DNA of 60,147 bases, the filler included. It is 5 parts of 5 records of this genome, joined end to end, with 100 filler letters (N's around TTAATTAATTAA, not from the genome) between each part and the next. Parts side by side here need not be neighbours in the genome. Positions count along the whole stretch, not along the records: positions 1 to 12,273 come from DRR723986_9013; positions 12,374 to 22,926 come from DRR723986_9015; 3 more parts are not named here. One strand, given 5' to 3'. Under the pieces are notes generated by a model that worked only from the letters and a program-made list of their open reading frames with translations, ran no database searches and had not been told where the DNA came from. Of the stretch, positions 9,301-17,860 are shown one piece after another. Position 1 is the stretch's first letter; every line of letters begins with the position of its first letter. Made by a program: the position numbers and the translations under genes.

Positions 9301-11504
9301 CATTTAGTCCTCAGGGCAATCTCTCCCCTGTGACATCTGCCACGGCATTGCGCTACAAGCTGTTTACCGGTTTTGGTAATGCTTCGATTGTTACGACTCC
9401 AATTTCGCTGCTCCCGGTGATTTCGTCCGTTTCACAGAATGTCGAGTTCAGCTTCCGCGACAAGTTTGCACGTGGGGCCAACTTCAGCCTGGAATCTGTT
9501 AACGGCAACCTCAGCTCAACAACAGTGACTGTGACTCTGCTTTCACCACCGGCGACACAACTGGGATTGAGTTCGACCTTCGGCAATACCAGTGGGTCTC
9601 AGGGCGCAGGTATTGGCATCGATGGGTTTAACGGCGGCGTGACAAGTCTGGCAGCGTCAACAACGGTTAACATATCGATTTCAAGCTACGATGCCGGCAA
9701 CTATATTGCAGCAACGGGCAACAGCACATTCCCGATCTTTTTCTTTACAACCAGTGTTACAGCGTCGGTCGACAATCCAAACGTCACACTTGGCGGAGCG
9801 ACAACATTTAATTTCACGCCACTTGTCGCTAATGCAAACGGGGCAATGACAATTGACTATGCTGGATCAGTTGTTACAACGGCTGTAATCACGTTTACGC
9901 ACAACGGCTCGGGTGATATGGGCTCAACATCGGTAACTGTCACTTTAACACCAACTACACCGGAATTGGATGACTTCACACCTAAATTCGGTCCGGTTGG
10001 CACGGAAGTAACAATTACCGGATTACGCCTGGGGAGCATTACGGAAGTTTTGTTCGACGGTGTGACAAGCAATACGGTTACGATCGATTCGCAGACGCAG
10101 ATTCGTGCGATTGTCCCCAACGGCGCAGCCAGCGGTTTAATCACAATCAGCGGCGCCAATGGCTCCGACGTCAGCGACGAACAGTTTGGTGTGACCACTT
10201 CGGCGACCTTCACGGTAGTTGACGACGCATTTGTTGATTCGGGCAATCCATTAACAAATTACGGTAGTGCCGGTGCGCTTAAAGCACGCCTGCTTGCGCA
10301 GTCCAAAGTAGCTTATCTCAAATTCTTTGTCGGCAATGTCACGACTTCGATTGTTTCGGCTAAGCTACGCGTGTTCCAGCAAACGGCTTCGAGCAGTGCC
10401 AGCCAGCTGTACAGCGTTTCCAACGACAATCAAAACAATCAGCCATGGTCCGAAGGATCGTTGAATTTTAACAACGCACCGAGCCTGCCAGGTTCAACTC
10501 TGGGTTCATCGACCGCTTCCGGCGGCAATGCCTGGCTGGAGTATGACGTTGCAAGTATTGTTAACGCCAACGGTTCGTTTAGTTTTGGCCTGCAAAACAC
10601 ATCCGATAGTGACGTCAGCTTCAGGTCTTCGGAGGCGAACAAAGATCGTCCGGAATTGGTCGTGGTTGACGCCGACGGCAACAGCCGCGTTTACCTGCCC
10701 ACAGATGACGCCTGGGTCTTTGGCACGCAGCCATTTAACAATTACGGCAATACAACAACTCTCAAGACACGAACACTCGATCGCGAGATGGCGACCTACC
10801 TTAAGTTCAACACAGGTGTTGTGCAGTCGCCAATTCTAAGTTCCACGCTGGTTCTGGAATCGCGCGTAGCTGTCGCAGATGGCGGCAAGGTGTTTTCGAC
10901 GTCAAATGATTTCCTGAACACGACCAACCCATGGACCGAAGCAGGTTTAATCTACGACAATGCTCCAGCAGCCGAAACTGCGACACGTGCAACAATTGGT
11001 GCAACTACGGCAGGTGGTGTTAAGTTGCTCACGCTCGCAGGCGGTGTTAATGCCGGCGACAACTCCAGTTTTGTGATTACAACACAAAGTGAAGATCTGG
11101 CAAACTACTATTCGAGTGAGTCGAATGGCACGGCGCCGCAGCTCCTCGTTACCTGGCTTGTTGGAAGCACACCAGCCCCTAAGAGCGGTGGTTCGGATCG
11201 GGCGCAGTCCTCACGCGGCTTCAAATTTAACGAAGTTAACGTGACACTTCTGCCAAACCCAACCGACGGCGAGACGAGTGTTGTGTTTAACACACACAAC
11301 GACGGTCCAGTAACGATCAGCGTTCACGATGTACGTGGAGCAGTTGTGGCACAGATGTACAGCGGCTTTCTCACGGCTGGTCAGCAGCAGATCGACTGGA
11401 ATGTGAATAGCGTCAGCGGCGCACCGCTCAGTTCCGGCGTCTACCTGATCCACGTTAACACTGTAGATGGCCAGGGCACAGTTAACCTGATGTTACAACG
11501 TTAA
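6342..11504 (+). CDS. Large type IX secretion (T9SS) cargo surface protein, 1720 aa: beta-helix/choice-of-anchor-Q-like region, Ig-like (Big_5-like) domain, five novel Thr/Ser-rich modules, IPT/TIG, two DNRLRE-like domains, C-terminal sorting domain
   Basis: Signal peptide; VTSSANSGAGTLRDAV and GGAI/GGAL+FxxN repeats ending RDAGAFE; FSPADNSIDV; FTPKFGPVGTEVTITG; two DDA[FW]V..P..NYG..YLKF units; LLPNPT...VHDVRGAVV...LSSGVYLIHV tail. Confidence 0.85.
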   Translation: MHKPNSLLMALLTVCSVFLYSVHDAEAITRTVTSSANSGAGTLRDAVSAAADGDVIVFDGAVSSITLSTQIEIDNSITIQGPNADLLTISGGSSTRMFYVNGASKTVTISGIKFLNGRSLATPVLNFIVGGGAIFHAQGILNIDECEFEGNIADDGNNTTTFGYGGAIMSQSELHVSNSLFYQNSLNNNAAYGGGAVYVQDNTADHDVSFNNCTFFDNSVVNGNAIADGGALYISENTGSGTDTAPLVEVINCTFYSNNSNSEGEEIHIFSNGPDVSIYLQNNIFDRDAADGNQESVTCDCAGGITFTTAGGNIYWDTPDFQISTSGTRDLVSQGINGAGLTGTLGLNGGGIRSIPIDETTSLAYENGTPSTTIATVLARDMRDFKLAGLNRDAGAFEFAGLFPFLTFSPADNSIDVNESSNLVIGFEHNVSFGTGSIEIRKVSDNSLVTSIPVISSQVTGTGTRTVTINPTATLPSGTELRVNIPSAAFKAIQDESNEAISGAAWTFTTTGASITAPSQIAWSTTASGNNAAFNTNNQAGLFNRFILQVEANANRESSDIVSQISSFDNAGNITAVTSQTVLTYELFTGFAGASVPTPGALLQPSSASTDATLRVSLKDRFARGANLTAKTTDNSLTSTVVTVTILLPKATQIGLSSTFGTLGGGKGNGIGIDGFNGGVTSLPASTTLNISLATFDDANYIVATGNSTFPIFFNTTSVTASIDNPNVTLGGTTSFTFSPIAATATGAMTIDYNGSVATTAVITFTNNGSLGSTSVTVQLAPDNRARFLAFSDQDITGVDEVNTGNLVVENNQIFNFNFGTFSNSTTLQATSASAWLMNQQRYGQVTLRVLDSPFPSNPAVKPTIVGVGGVWAAGPSVSSTKAVVLLSSTNSVQNGVFQMGWLGSSPTTVTLQLVAGSNADEGLGSLASTQVTLTINPSPPDRLAFSSTASDSNDGFNPTNVSGQANRFILQADAARSVVPTVRYAAFSPQGNLSPVTSATALRYKLFTGFGNASIVTTPISLLPVISSVSQNVEFSFRDKFARGANFSLESVNGNLSSTTVTVTLLSPPATQLGLSSTFGNTSGSQGAGIGIDGFNGGVTSLAASTTVNISISSYDAGNYIAATGNSTFPIFFFTTSVTASVDNPNVTLGGATTFNFTPLVANANGAMTIDYAGSVVTTAVITFTHNGSGDMGSTSVTVTLTPTTPELDDFTPKFGPVGTEVTITGLRLGSITEVLFDGVTSNTVTIDSQTQIRAIVPNGAASGLITISGANGSDVSDEQFGVTTSATFTVVDDAFVDSGNPLTNYGSAGALKARLLAQSKVAYLKFFVGNVTTSIVSAKLRVFQQTASSSASQLYSVSNDNQNNQPWSEGSLNFNNAPSLPGSTLGSSTASGGNAWLEYDVASIVNANGSFSFGLQNTSDSDVSFRSSEANKDRPELVVVDADGNSRVYLPTDDAWVFGTQPFNNYGNTTTLKTRTLDREMATYLKFNTGVVQSPILSSTLVLESRVAVADGGKVFSTSNDFLNTTNPWTEAGLIYDNAPAAETATRATIGATTAGGVKLLTLAGGVNAGDNSSFVITTQSEDLANYYSSESNGTAPQLLVTWLVGSTPAPKSGGSDRAQSSRGFKFNEVNVTLLPNPTDGETSVVFNTHNDGPVTISVHDVRGAVVAQMYSGFLTAGQQQIDWNVNSVSGAPLSSGVYLIHVNTVDGQGTVNLMLQR
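7893..9953 (+). repeat. Internal duplication of a ~265-aa two-module block (7893-~8688 and 9162-9953) flanking a single related module
   Basis: Shared strings NRFILQ, LFTGF, D[RK]FARGAN, ATQ.GLSSTFG, GIGIDGFNGGVTSL, ATGNSTFPIFF, DNPNVTLGG, GAMTIDY in both copies. Confidence 0.9.
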
Positions 11505-11535
11505 CAGCTGTATTGACGCGAAGTTCGATTTAAAT

Positions 11536-11570
11536 GCGGGGGTATCCGGAAGGATGCTCCCGCTTTTTTT
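11536..11570 (+). terminator. Rho-independent terminator after T9SS cargo gene
   Basis: GCGGGGGTATCC-GGAA-GGATGCTCCCGC (12 bp incl. 2 G-U) followed by T7. Confidence 0.9.
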
Positions 11571-12273
11571 GCTCCATTTAACTCCCCCGACGATGCATTC
11601 CAGGAGTGATTACGTTTTTTATGTATCCTGCACAGGATCAGACTGATTTACCGAATTGCAACTTCTTGGCCACATTTTTAGATAAGATCACTGCGCCTCC
11701 GCTTCAGAAAGCGGGCGGCTGGCTTCTTTATCATGGTAGTCTGCGAGTCTCAAACCTCCAGCCCTAGAGTTAGAAGTCTTTTAGTCTCAATCCACAGAGC
11801 CTGTCAGATTCAAGTCTGTCGGCAGTCAACAAAGCACAAATGTTTAGTCTGCCCTACACGGCGACACCATAAGTCTTAAGGCTGTCCCAAGCCACAAAAG
11901 CAAATGTGTTAACAATTGAGTCGCAGCCCAGATGCGGCTGCACAAACTTTGAGTTGTGAAACCGGCCTACAGTCGCAACGTCTCAAGAAATCAGGTTTTG
12001 CGGAAGGACTCAATGTCTTCAGCATCAGAGGTATGCGGCTGGATTGCGTTTGTATTCTGTTGGATTTGTGATTTACAGGTCGGAGTGGATGGCCTGGCGC
12101 TAATGAAGTCTTGCAGACACAAAATTCTTTTGGCTGCGCGCAGCGGCGTGCGGCCGAGGTCCGGTAAACGGGCAGTGATTGGCTAAGATCGGGCGGGTAT
12201 TTGGGTTTAACGGGAGGTTGGTAATTTTTGGGCGTACTTTTGGGTGATCAAGGGGTCCGCCGCTCGCCGGCCC

Positions 12274-12373
12274 NNNNNNNNNNNNNNNNNNNNNNNNNNN
12301 NNNNNNNNNNNNNNNNNTTAATTAATTAANNNNNNNNNNNNNNNNNNNNNNNNNNNNNNNNNNNNNNNNNNNN
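12274..12373. other. Artificial contig linker (N44-TTAATTAATTAA-N44)
   Basis: N runs around a six-frame stop cassette; gene content changes across it. Confidence 0.98.
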
Positions 12374-12691
12374 GCGCATGTACATGCGCACCGGATCGGT
12401 GGTGCGGCCAGCGTCGGTCTCAACGGCGGCAAGAGCAGCAGCGGCTTCGGCGGCAGCAGCTTCGTCGGCAGTGGAGTCACCTTCGGTCATCAGCAGGGTA
12501 TCCGCGTCTGGTGTCTCTTCGCACACCTGGATACCCATGTCGTTGATCATCCGGATAATGTCTTCAACCTGATCCGGATCTGCGATATCTTCCGGGAGGT
12601 GATCGTTTACCTCGGCGTAAGTCAGGTAACCTTGTTCCTTGCCTCGTGCGATGAGGTCTTTCAAACGTGATTTCTGCGAATTGCCTGACAT
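12374..12691 (-). CDS. rpoD: RNA polymerase sigma-70 factor RpoD (N-terminal part; truncated)
   Basis: MSGNSQKSRLKDLIARGKEQGYLTYAEVNDHLP (region 1.1), GRTTDPVRMYMR (region 1.2); follows dnaG. Confidence 0.96.
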
Positions 12692-12777
12692 AGACACCCT
12701 GTGAACTCGCTTTTAAAAAGGAAAAAAGTTAAACAGCCATTATAGCTGTCGCTCGGTTGCGCTGCCACCGAATGGTT

Positions 12778-12806
12778 AGATGGTGATCAGGGCAACAGGT
12801 TTCAAG
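12778..12806 (-). promoter_or_regulatory. Sigma-32 (RpoH)-type promoter upstream of rpoD; separate TATAAT -10 at 12739-12744
   Basis: Minus strand CTTGAAA-N14-CACCATCT vs consensus CTTGAAA-N13-17-CCCCATnT. Confidence 0.65.
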
Positions 12807-12809
12807 TGC

Positions 12810-14561
12810 TCAGCTTTCAGCCTTCGGATTTAACGTACCGGCGCTGAGCGTTCGCAGCTCCTCCCGTTCTTCCGGGGAAAGCTGTGCCAGGTTCCGGAGC
12901 AGGGTTGCCAGCCTCTGCTGACGCGCGGCCTCTTCATTCGGGCTTAACAGCTCTCTGGCAGCCGCCAGTGTGCTTTCCCGGGCCGGTATGTGCTCCAGTT
13001 CGTCAAACAGGTTGTAAAACCTGTCCCTGGCCTGTTTGTTCGTGGCCAGCCCCGCGACCAGTGTCTTGCGGGTCTGAATTTTTTCTTCCAGTAACCAGCG
13101 GGCAAAACGCCCCGCGCGTTCAAGCTGCCGGGTGCTGTCTGCCAGAGCTTTCACTTCGGTTGCCAGTTCCGGTGCTTCCAGCAAGGCCAGGCACAAGGTG
13201 CTGTCTTTGCTGAGTTTTACGTCAATCCGCTCTTCCGTGGGCCGGCTTTGGCCTTCACCGCGCCAGCCCCGTGCCTTGTAATTCTGGCCCTGCTGGCGGT
13301 TCTGCCACTGGTTGCGGCCGCCGCAAAGGCGCAGCATTTCGTGCCACATGGCGTCCCGCAACGTGCTGCGGGGCATCTTGTTCAGCAAGGGCTCAACCCG
13401 TGCCCGAAGTTCGCCTCGGTGTTCGGGCAACTGCAGATCAAGGCCCTCGCTCTGGCGATCAAACAGATAGCGTGAGAAGGGTGTGGCGCCCTCAATACGC
13501 TTCTGAAATGCGTCCGGCCCTTCTTTGCGCACCAGTGTGTCCGGGTCTTCGCCTTCTGGCAGCATGAGGAACTGTAGGTGCAGCCCGTCTGCCATCAGTT
13601 CCAGGGCATTCTCCATGGCCCTGTCCGCTGCCCGAAAACCTGCCTGGTCGCCGTCAAAACAGAACACGATATGCCGAACGTGCCGAAGCAGTGCGGTCAG
13701 GCTGTCCTGGTTGGTGGCCGTCCCCAGAGTCGCCACCGCGTAATGGATGCCGTGCTGGGCCAGCGCAATCACATCCATATAGCCTTCGACCACCAGCAAC
13801 TTGTCCAGTTGTCGAATGGCTTGCCGGGCCTCGAACAGGCCGTAGATTTCCCGGCTCTTGTGGAAAACGTCCGATTCCGGCGAGTTAATGTACTTGGCCT
13901 TGTCGTCGCCCAGCGTGCGCCCGCCGAAGGCGATGGTTTTGCCTCGGGTGTTCCGGATGGGAAACATAACCCGGTTGCGGAACAGATCCCTGGGGCGGCC
14001 GTACTGGTCCGACACCGTGCGGGTCTCAATCAGTGGTGCTTTAAGATCCTTCGGGGCGGCGTCGTAAAGTGCCGTGCCGGTGCCCGGTGCAAAACCAATC
14101 TGATACTGCTGGATAATGTTTTCATCCAGTCCCCGCTGCTTCAGGTAGTCCCGGGCATAACCGCCTTGCTGACTGGTCAGTGCTGAGTGATAGAACCGGT
14201 TGGCAAACTCCAGGGCATCGGTCAGTGTCCGCGCCTGTTGCATTTCCTGTTTGGCAGCTCGGTCGTACGGCACTTCCAGCCCGGCACGCTTGGCCAGTTC
14301 TTCTACCGCTTCGGTAAAACCCAGGCCCTCAAATTCGCGAACAAAGCTGATGGCATCGCCATGGGCTCCACAGCCAAAGCAGTGATAGAAGCCTTTGTCC
14401 GGTCGAACGTTAAATGATGGCGTCTTCTCGTCGTGAAACGGGCAGCAGGCCTTGAAGTTGGCTCCGGCTTTTTTCAGCGTGATGCGCGAACCGATCAGCT
14501 CCGCCAGATCAATGCGATCCAGCAGGTCTTCAACAAAGCGTTGAGGGATCAATCCGCTCAT
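12810..14561 (-). CDS. dnaG: DNA primase
   Basis: CPFHDEKTPSF...CFGC zinc finger, KYINSPES, VVEGYMDV, FDGDQAG TOPRIM. Confidence 0.98.
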   Translation of the reverse strand: MSGLIPQRFVEDLLDRIDLAELIGSRITLKKAGANFKACCPFHDEKTPSFNVRPDKGFYHCFGCGAHGDAISFVREFEGLGFTEAVEELAKRAGLEVPYDRAAKQEMQQARTLTDALEFANRFYHSALTSQQGGYARDYLKQRGLDENIIQQYQIGFAPGTGTALYDAAPKDLKAPLIETRTVSDQYGRPRDLFRNRVMFPIRNTRGKTIAFGGRTLGDDKAKYINSPESDVFHKSREIYGLFEARQAIRQLDKLLVVEGYMDVIALAQHGIHYAVATLGTATNQDSLTALLRHVRHIVFCFDGDQAGFRAADRAMENALELMADGLHLQFLMLPEGEDPDTLVRKEGPDAFQKRIEGATPFSRYLFDRQSEGLDLQLPEHRGELRARVEPLLNKMPRSTLRDAMWHEMLRLCGGRNQWQNRQQGQNYKARGWRGEGQSRPTEERIDVKLSKDSTLCLALLEAPELATEVKALADSTRQLERAGRFARWLLEEKIQTRKTLVAGLATNKQARDRFYNLFDELEHIPARESTLAAARELLSPNEEAARQQRLATLLRNLAQLSPEEREELRTLSAGTLNPKAES

Positions 14562-14614
14562 GGTGGCTCCACTTCAGCCGGGGTGCCGGGTGCGAAGGCA
14601 TTTTCGCCATAGCC

Positions 14615-14650
14615 AAAAATGCCGCCGAAGCCAGGCCTCGGCGGCATTTT
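14615..14650 (-). terminator. Terminator hairpin between rpsU and dnaG
   Basis: AAAATGCCGCCGA-N9-TCGGCGGCATTTTT. Confidence 0.8.
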
Positions 14651-14715
14651 CAGCTTGCCGGGTGGGGCGAAACGCCGTTCCGGCAATCAGTTGTGCAGTC
14701 GATGCGCGCCTGAAC

Positions 14716-14931
14716 TCAGTACAGACGCTCGAACTTGCGCTGTTCCCGCTGAAGCTTCTTGAGATGACGCTTAACGGCAGCAGCTGCTTTACGCTTACGA
14801 ACAGCGGTCGGCTTCTCGTAGTGCTCACGACGACGTACTTCAGACAGTACACCGGCCTTCTCGCAGGAACGCTTGAAGCGACGCAGTGCTACGTCAAACG
14901 GCTCATTCTCTTTCACTTTAACAGCTGGCAT
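14716..14931 (-). CDS. rpsU: 30S ribosomal protein S21
   Basis: [41 protein letters not shown]. Confidence 0.98.
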   Translation of the reverse strand: MPAVKVKENEPFDVALRRFKRSCEKAGVLSEVRRREHYEKPTAVRKRKAAAAVKRHLKKLQREQRKFERLY

Positions 14932-15164
14932 TCGAAAATCACCTACCTGATAGATTCGGTTTCAATTTGTTCCGTCGGCCAGTGCCGTACGGGCTCGATC
15001 CCTGGTCAGATTGGCTAAAACTCGACCAGTGCTAATTTAGGGCGGCAATGATAGCCGCTGGGCTGGCCAAGGTCAATCACTGTTCAACGAAACTGCCGGA
15101 AGCTTTCGGGTTTCTGCTAAAATGCCGCCCACGTACCCGACACCCCTTGGATATAGTGCCCATT

Positions 15165-16220
15165 ATGCTGATTCTTGGTATTGAAACCTCCTGCGATGAG
15201 ACCGGTGTAGCCCTGTTTGACGCTCAGCAGGGGCTGCTGGCCCATGCCCTTTACAGTCAAATCGGTATGCACGCCGATTATGGCGGCGTGGTGCCTGAGC
15301 TGGCCTCCCGGGATCATGTCCGCAAGCTGCTTCCTTTATGCGATGAGGTACTGGCTCAAGCCGGTAAAGCCCGTTCCGATATCGAAGGTATCGCCTATAC
15401 CGCCGGGCCGGGGTTAGTGGGTGCCCTGATGGTGGGCGGCTCGGTGGCGCATGCCTTGGGGTTTGCACTGGGGATTCCGGTGTTGGGAGTGCATCACATG
15501 GAAGGTCACCTGCTGGCGCCCATGCTGGAGGACAATCCGCCGGCGTTCCCGTTTGTCGCGCTGCTGGTGTCCGGTGGCCATACCCAGTTAGTGCGGGTGG
15601 ATGGCATTGGTGAGTACCAGATGCTGGGTGAATCGGTGGATGATGCCGCCGGCGAGGCGTTCGATAAAACTGCGAAAATGCTGGGGCTGGATTATCCGGG
15701 TGGCCCCCGGGTAGCTGCCCTTGCGGAAAAGGGTCGAGAGGGGCAGTACCGTTTTCCCCGCCCGATGACCGATCGTCCCGGCCTGGATTTTTCCTTCAGC
15801 GGGCTGAAAACCTACACCCTGAACACCGTGAACGACGCAAAAGATAAAGGTACGCTGGATGAGCAGGTAAAAGCGGACATTGCTCTGGCGTTCGAAGCTG
15901 CAGTAGTTGATACCCTGGTCATCAAATGTCGCAGAGCCCTGGAGCAAACCGAATGTAAGCGGCTGGTCATTGCCGGCGGGGTCAGCGCCAACAAGCGATT
16001 GCGGGCGGCACTGGAGGCCATGGCAGAAAAGCTGCGTGGTTCGGTGTTCTACGCTCGTCCGGAGTTCTGCACCGACAACGGTGCCATGATTGCCTATGCC
16101 GGTGCGCAGCGGCTAAAGGCCGGTCAGCAGGATGGCGAGCGGATTGTGGCGGTACCCCGGTGGCCGATGAATACCCTGCCGCCGGTGGCGGAACCTCGTC
16201 ACAACGGCCTTGTGGACTAG
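15165..16220 (+). CDS. tsaD: tRNA N6-adenosine threonylcarbamoyltransferase TsaD
   Basis: [37 protein letters not shown]; divergent from rpsU. Confidence 0.97.
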   Translation: MLILGIETSCDETGVALFDAQQGLLAHALYSQIGMHADYGGVVPELASRDHVRKLLPLCDEVLAQAGKARSDIEGIAYTAGPGLVGALMVGGSVAHALGFALGIPVLGVHHMEGHLLAPMLEDNPPAFPFVALLVSGGHTQLVRVDGIGEYQMLGESVDDAAGEAFDKTAKMLGLDYPGGPRVAALAEKGREGQYRFPRPMTDRPGLDFSFSGLKTYTLNTVNDAKDKGTLDEQVKADIALAFEAAVVDTLVIKCRRALEQTECKRLVIAGGVSANKRLRAALEAMAEKLRGSVFYARPEFCTDNGAMIAYAGAQRLKAGQQDGERIVAVPRWPMNTLPPVAEPRHNGLVD

Positions 16221-16232
16221 CCGGGCGGGAAC

Positions 16233-16826
16233 TTAGAGCCCGGTTTCCCGCCCCTGGGCCAGGCGAATCAGGTTGTTGCGGTGACGCACCACAATCAGCA
16301 GGGTCAGCAGTCCGAACAGGGGCAGGGTTTCCGGTTCCAGCAGGGCGCTGATGAGCGGGCCGCTGGTGATTGCCACCAGAGAGGCCACGGCTGAAATGCG
16401 CCAGCGCCACATTACGCCCAGCCACAAGCCTGCCATGATGGCGGTGGTGAGCGGCGCCAGTGCCAACCCTGCCCCGAGGGCCGTGGCAACACCTTTGCCC
16501 CCTTTGAACCGATAGAATGCCGGGATCATGTGTCCGGTCACCGCGCACAGGGCAATCATGGCCTGCACCAGAATGGACATGCCAAGGCTTTGACCGAGCC
16601 AGACGGGCAACCAGCCCTTGAACGCATCCAGCACCAGGGTTGCCAGCGCGGGTTGCCAGCCACCTGCCCGGTACACATTGGTGGCTCCGGGGTTGCCGGA
16701 ACCCAGGGCGCGAGGATCTGGCAGTTTCCAGAGGCGGCACACTGGTATCGCGAACAGCACGGAGCCCGCCAGATAAGCGCTGGTGCAAAGCAAGACAATC
16801 GCAACGGGTTGGCTAAAGACGTCCAT
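16233..16826 (-). CDS. plsY: Glycerol-3-phosphate acyltransferase PlsY
   Basis: GSGNPGATNVYR, FKGGKGVAT, RHRNNLIRL. Confidence 0.96.
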   Translation of the reverse strand: MDVFSQPVAIVLLCTSAYLAGSVLFAIPVCRLWKLPDPRALGSGNPGATNVYRAGGWQPALATLVLDAFKGWLPVWLGQSLGMSILVQAMIALCAVTGHMIPAFYRFKGGKGVATALGAGLALAPLTTAIMAGLWLGVMWRWRISAVASLVAITSGPLISALLEPETLPLFGLLTLLIVVRHRNNLIRLAQGRETGL

Positions 16827-16967
16827 GGCGTAACCGCTGTACAGAGACTGGGCCCTGTGTTCTGTGAGAAAATGCCGCCCGCATCAAGGCAGGCTGGTTG
16901 TCCGTCACAGTATCGTCTGCCTGTGTAATATTCAATCAGCCATCAGTGGAAGGCTCGGGAGACCGGT

Positions 16968-17339
16968 TTGGCAAATGGCAAATGGGACACAGTCCTGATT
17001 GAAGGACTGGCGGTGGAAACCGTGATCGGGGTGTACGATTGGGAACGCGAAGTCACACAGCGGCTACTGGTGGATCTGGAACTGGCGTGGGATAACTCGG
17101 TGCCCGGCGCCAGTGACGATGTTGCCGATGCGCTTGATTACGCCGCCGTTAGCGAGCGGGTCAGTCAGTGCCTGCAAACGCTGCAGCCGGAGTTGCTGGA
17201 GCGGGCCGCAGAGGAAGTTGCCCGTTTGCTGCAGGGCGAGTTTGGCGTGCGTTGGCTGAGGCTGACGTTGAGCAAGCCCGGTGCTGTGCCGGCCGCACGC
17301 TCGGTGGGCGTGAGAATTGAGCGGGGGGCACGGGCATGA
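16968..17339 (+). CDS. folB: Dihydroneopterin aldolase
   Basis: IGVYDWERE, ALDYAAV, LLE, KPGAV..ARSVGV; TTG start tentative. Confidence 0.93.
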   Translation: MANGKWDTVLIEGLAVETVIGVYDWEREVTQRLLVDLELAWDNSVPGASDDVADALDYAAVSERVSQCLQTLQPELLERAAEEVARLLQGEFGVRWLRLTLSKPGAVPAARSVGVRIERGARA

Positions 17340-17860
17340 AACGTGTATACATCAGTATCGGCAGTAATATTGAACGCTATCGCCATGTCAGCGCGGCGCT
17401 GGATGCTCTGGCCGGTTGGTTTGGAGAATTGGCCATTTCTCCGGTTTACGAGAGCGAATCGGTCGGCTTCGATGGCTCGGATTTTCTGAACCTGGTGGTG
17501 GGTGTGGATACCGATATGTCGGTAGGAGAGCTTTCCCGGCGCTTCAAAAAACTCGAGGCAGACAACGGCCGCAAAGCTTCGGCGCCCAAGTTCAGTCCAA
17601 GGACTCTGGATCTGGATATTCTCACCTGGGGCGATGCGACCGGCACCCTTGATGGGGTTGAACTGCCCCGGGCTGAAATCCTAAAAAACGCATTTGTCCT
17701 GAGGCCGCTGGCCGATATTGCTCCGGACGAATTGCACCCTGTGTGCGGAGAGAGCTATCGCAGCCTCTGGCAGTCTTACCAGAAGGACCAGAAGCTCTGG
17801 CCCGTCGATTTCACCTGGCAGGGGCGTCAGATCTCAAGTTCCGGAGCGGTCGCGGAATAA
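17336..17860 (+). CDS. folK: 2-amino-4-hydroxy-6-hydroxymethyldihydropteridine pyrophosphokinase (folB-linked paralogue)
   Basis: YISIGSN, FLNLVV, PRTLDLDIL, FVLRPL; ATGA-coupled to folB. Confidence 0.9.
   Translation: MKRVYISIGSNIERYRHVSAALDALAGWFGELAISPVYESESVGFDGSDFLNLVVGVDTDMSVGELSRRFKKLEADNGRKASAPKFSPRTLDLDILTWGDATGTLDGVELPRAEILKNAFVLRPLADIAPDELHPVCGESYRSLWQSYQKDQKLWPVDFTWQGRQISSSGAVAE

Noticed and set aside
7893-9953. DGR template/variable repeat pair
   Set aside because: Differences are mostly synonymous and not adenine-specific, both copies are in one ORF, and there is no RT gene.
11956-12186. 76-aa ORF near the contig end
   Set aside because: No SD, motif or recognisable family.
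12274-12373. TTAATTAATTAA as a biological repeat or att site (also at the three other gaps)
   Set aside because: Identical N-flanked six-frame stop cassette, i.e. an assembly or concatenation linker.
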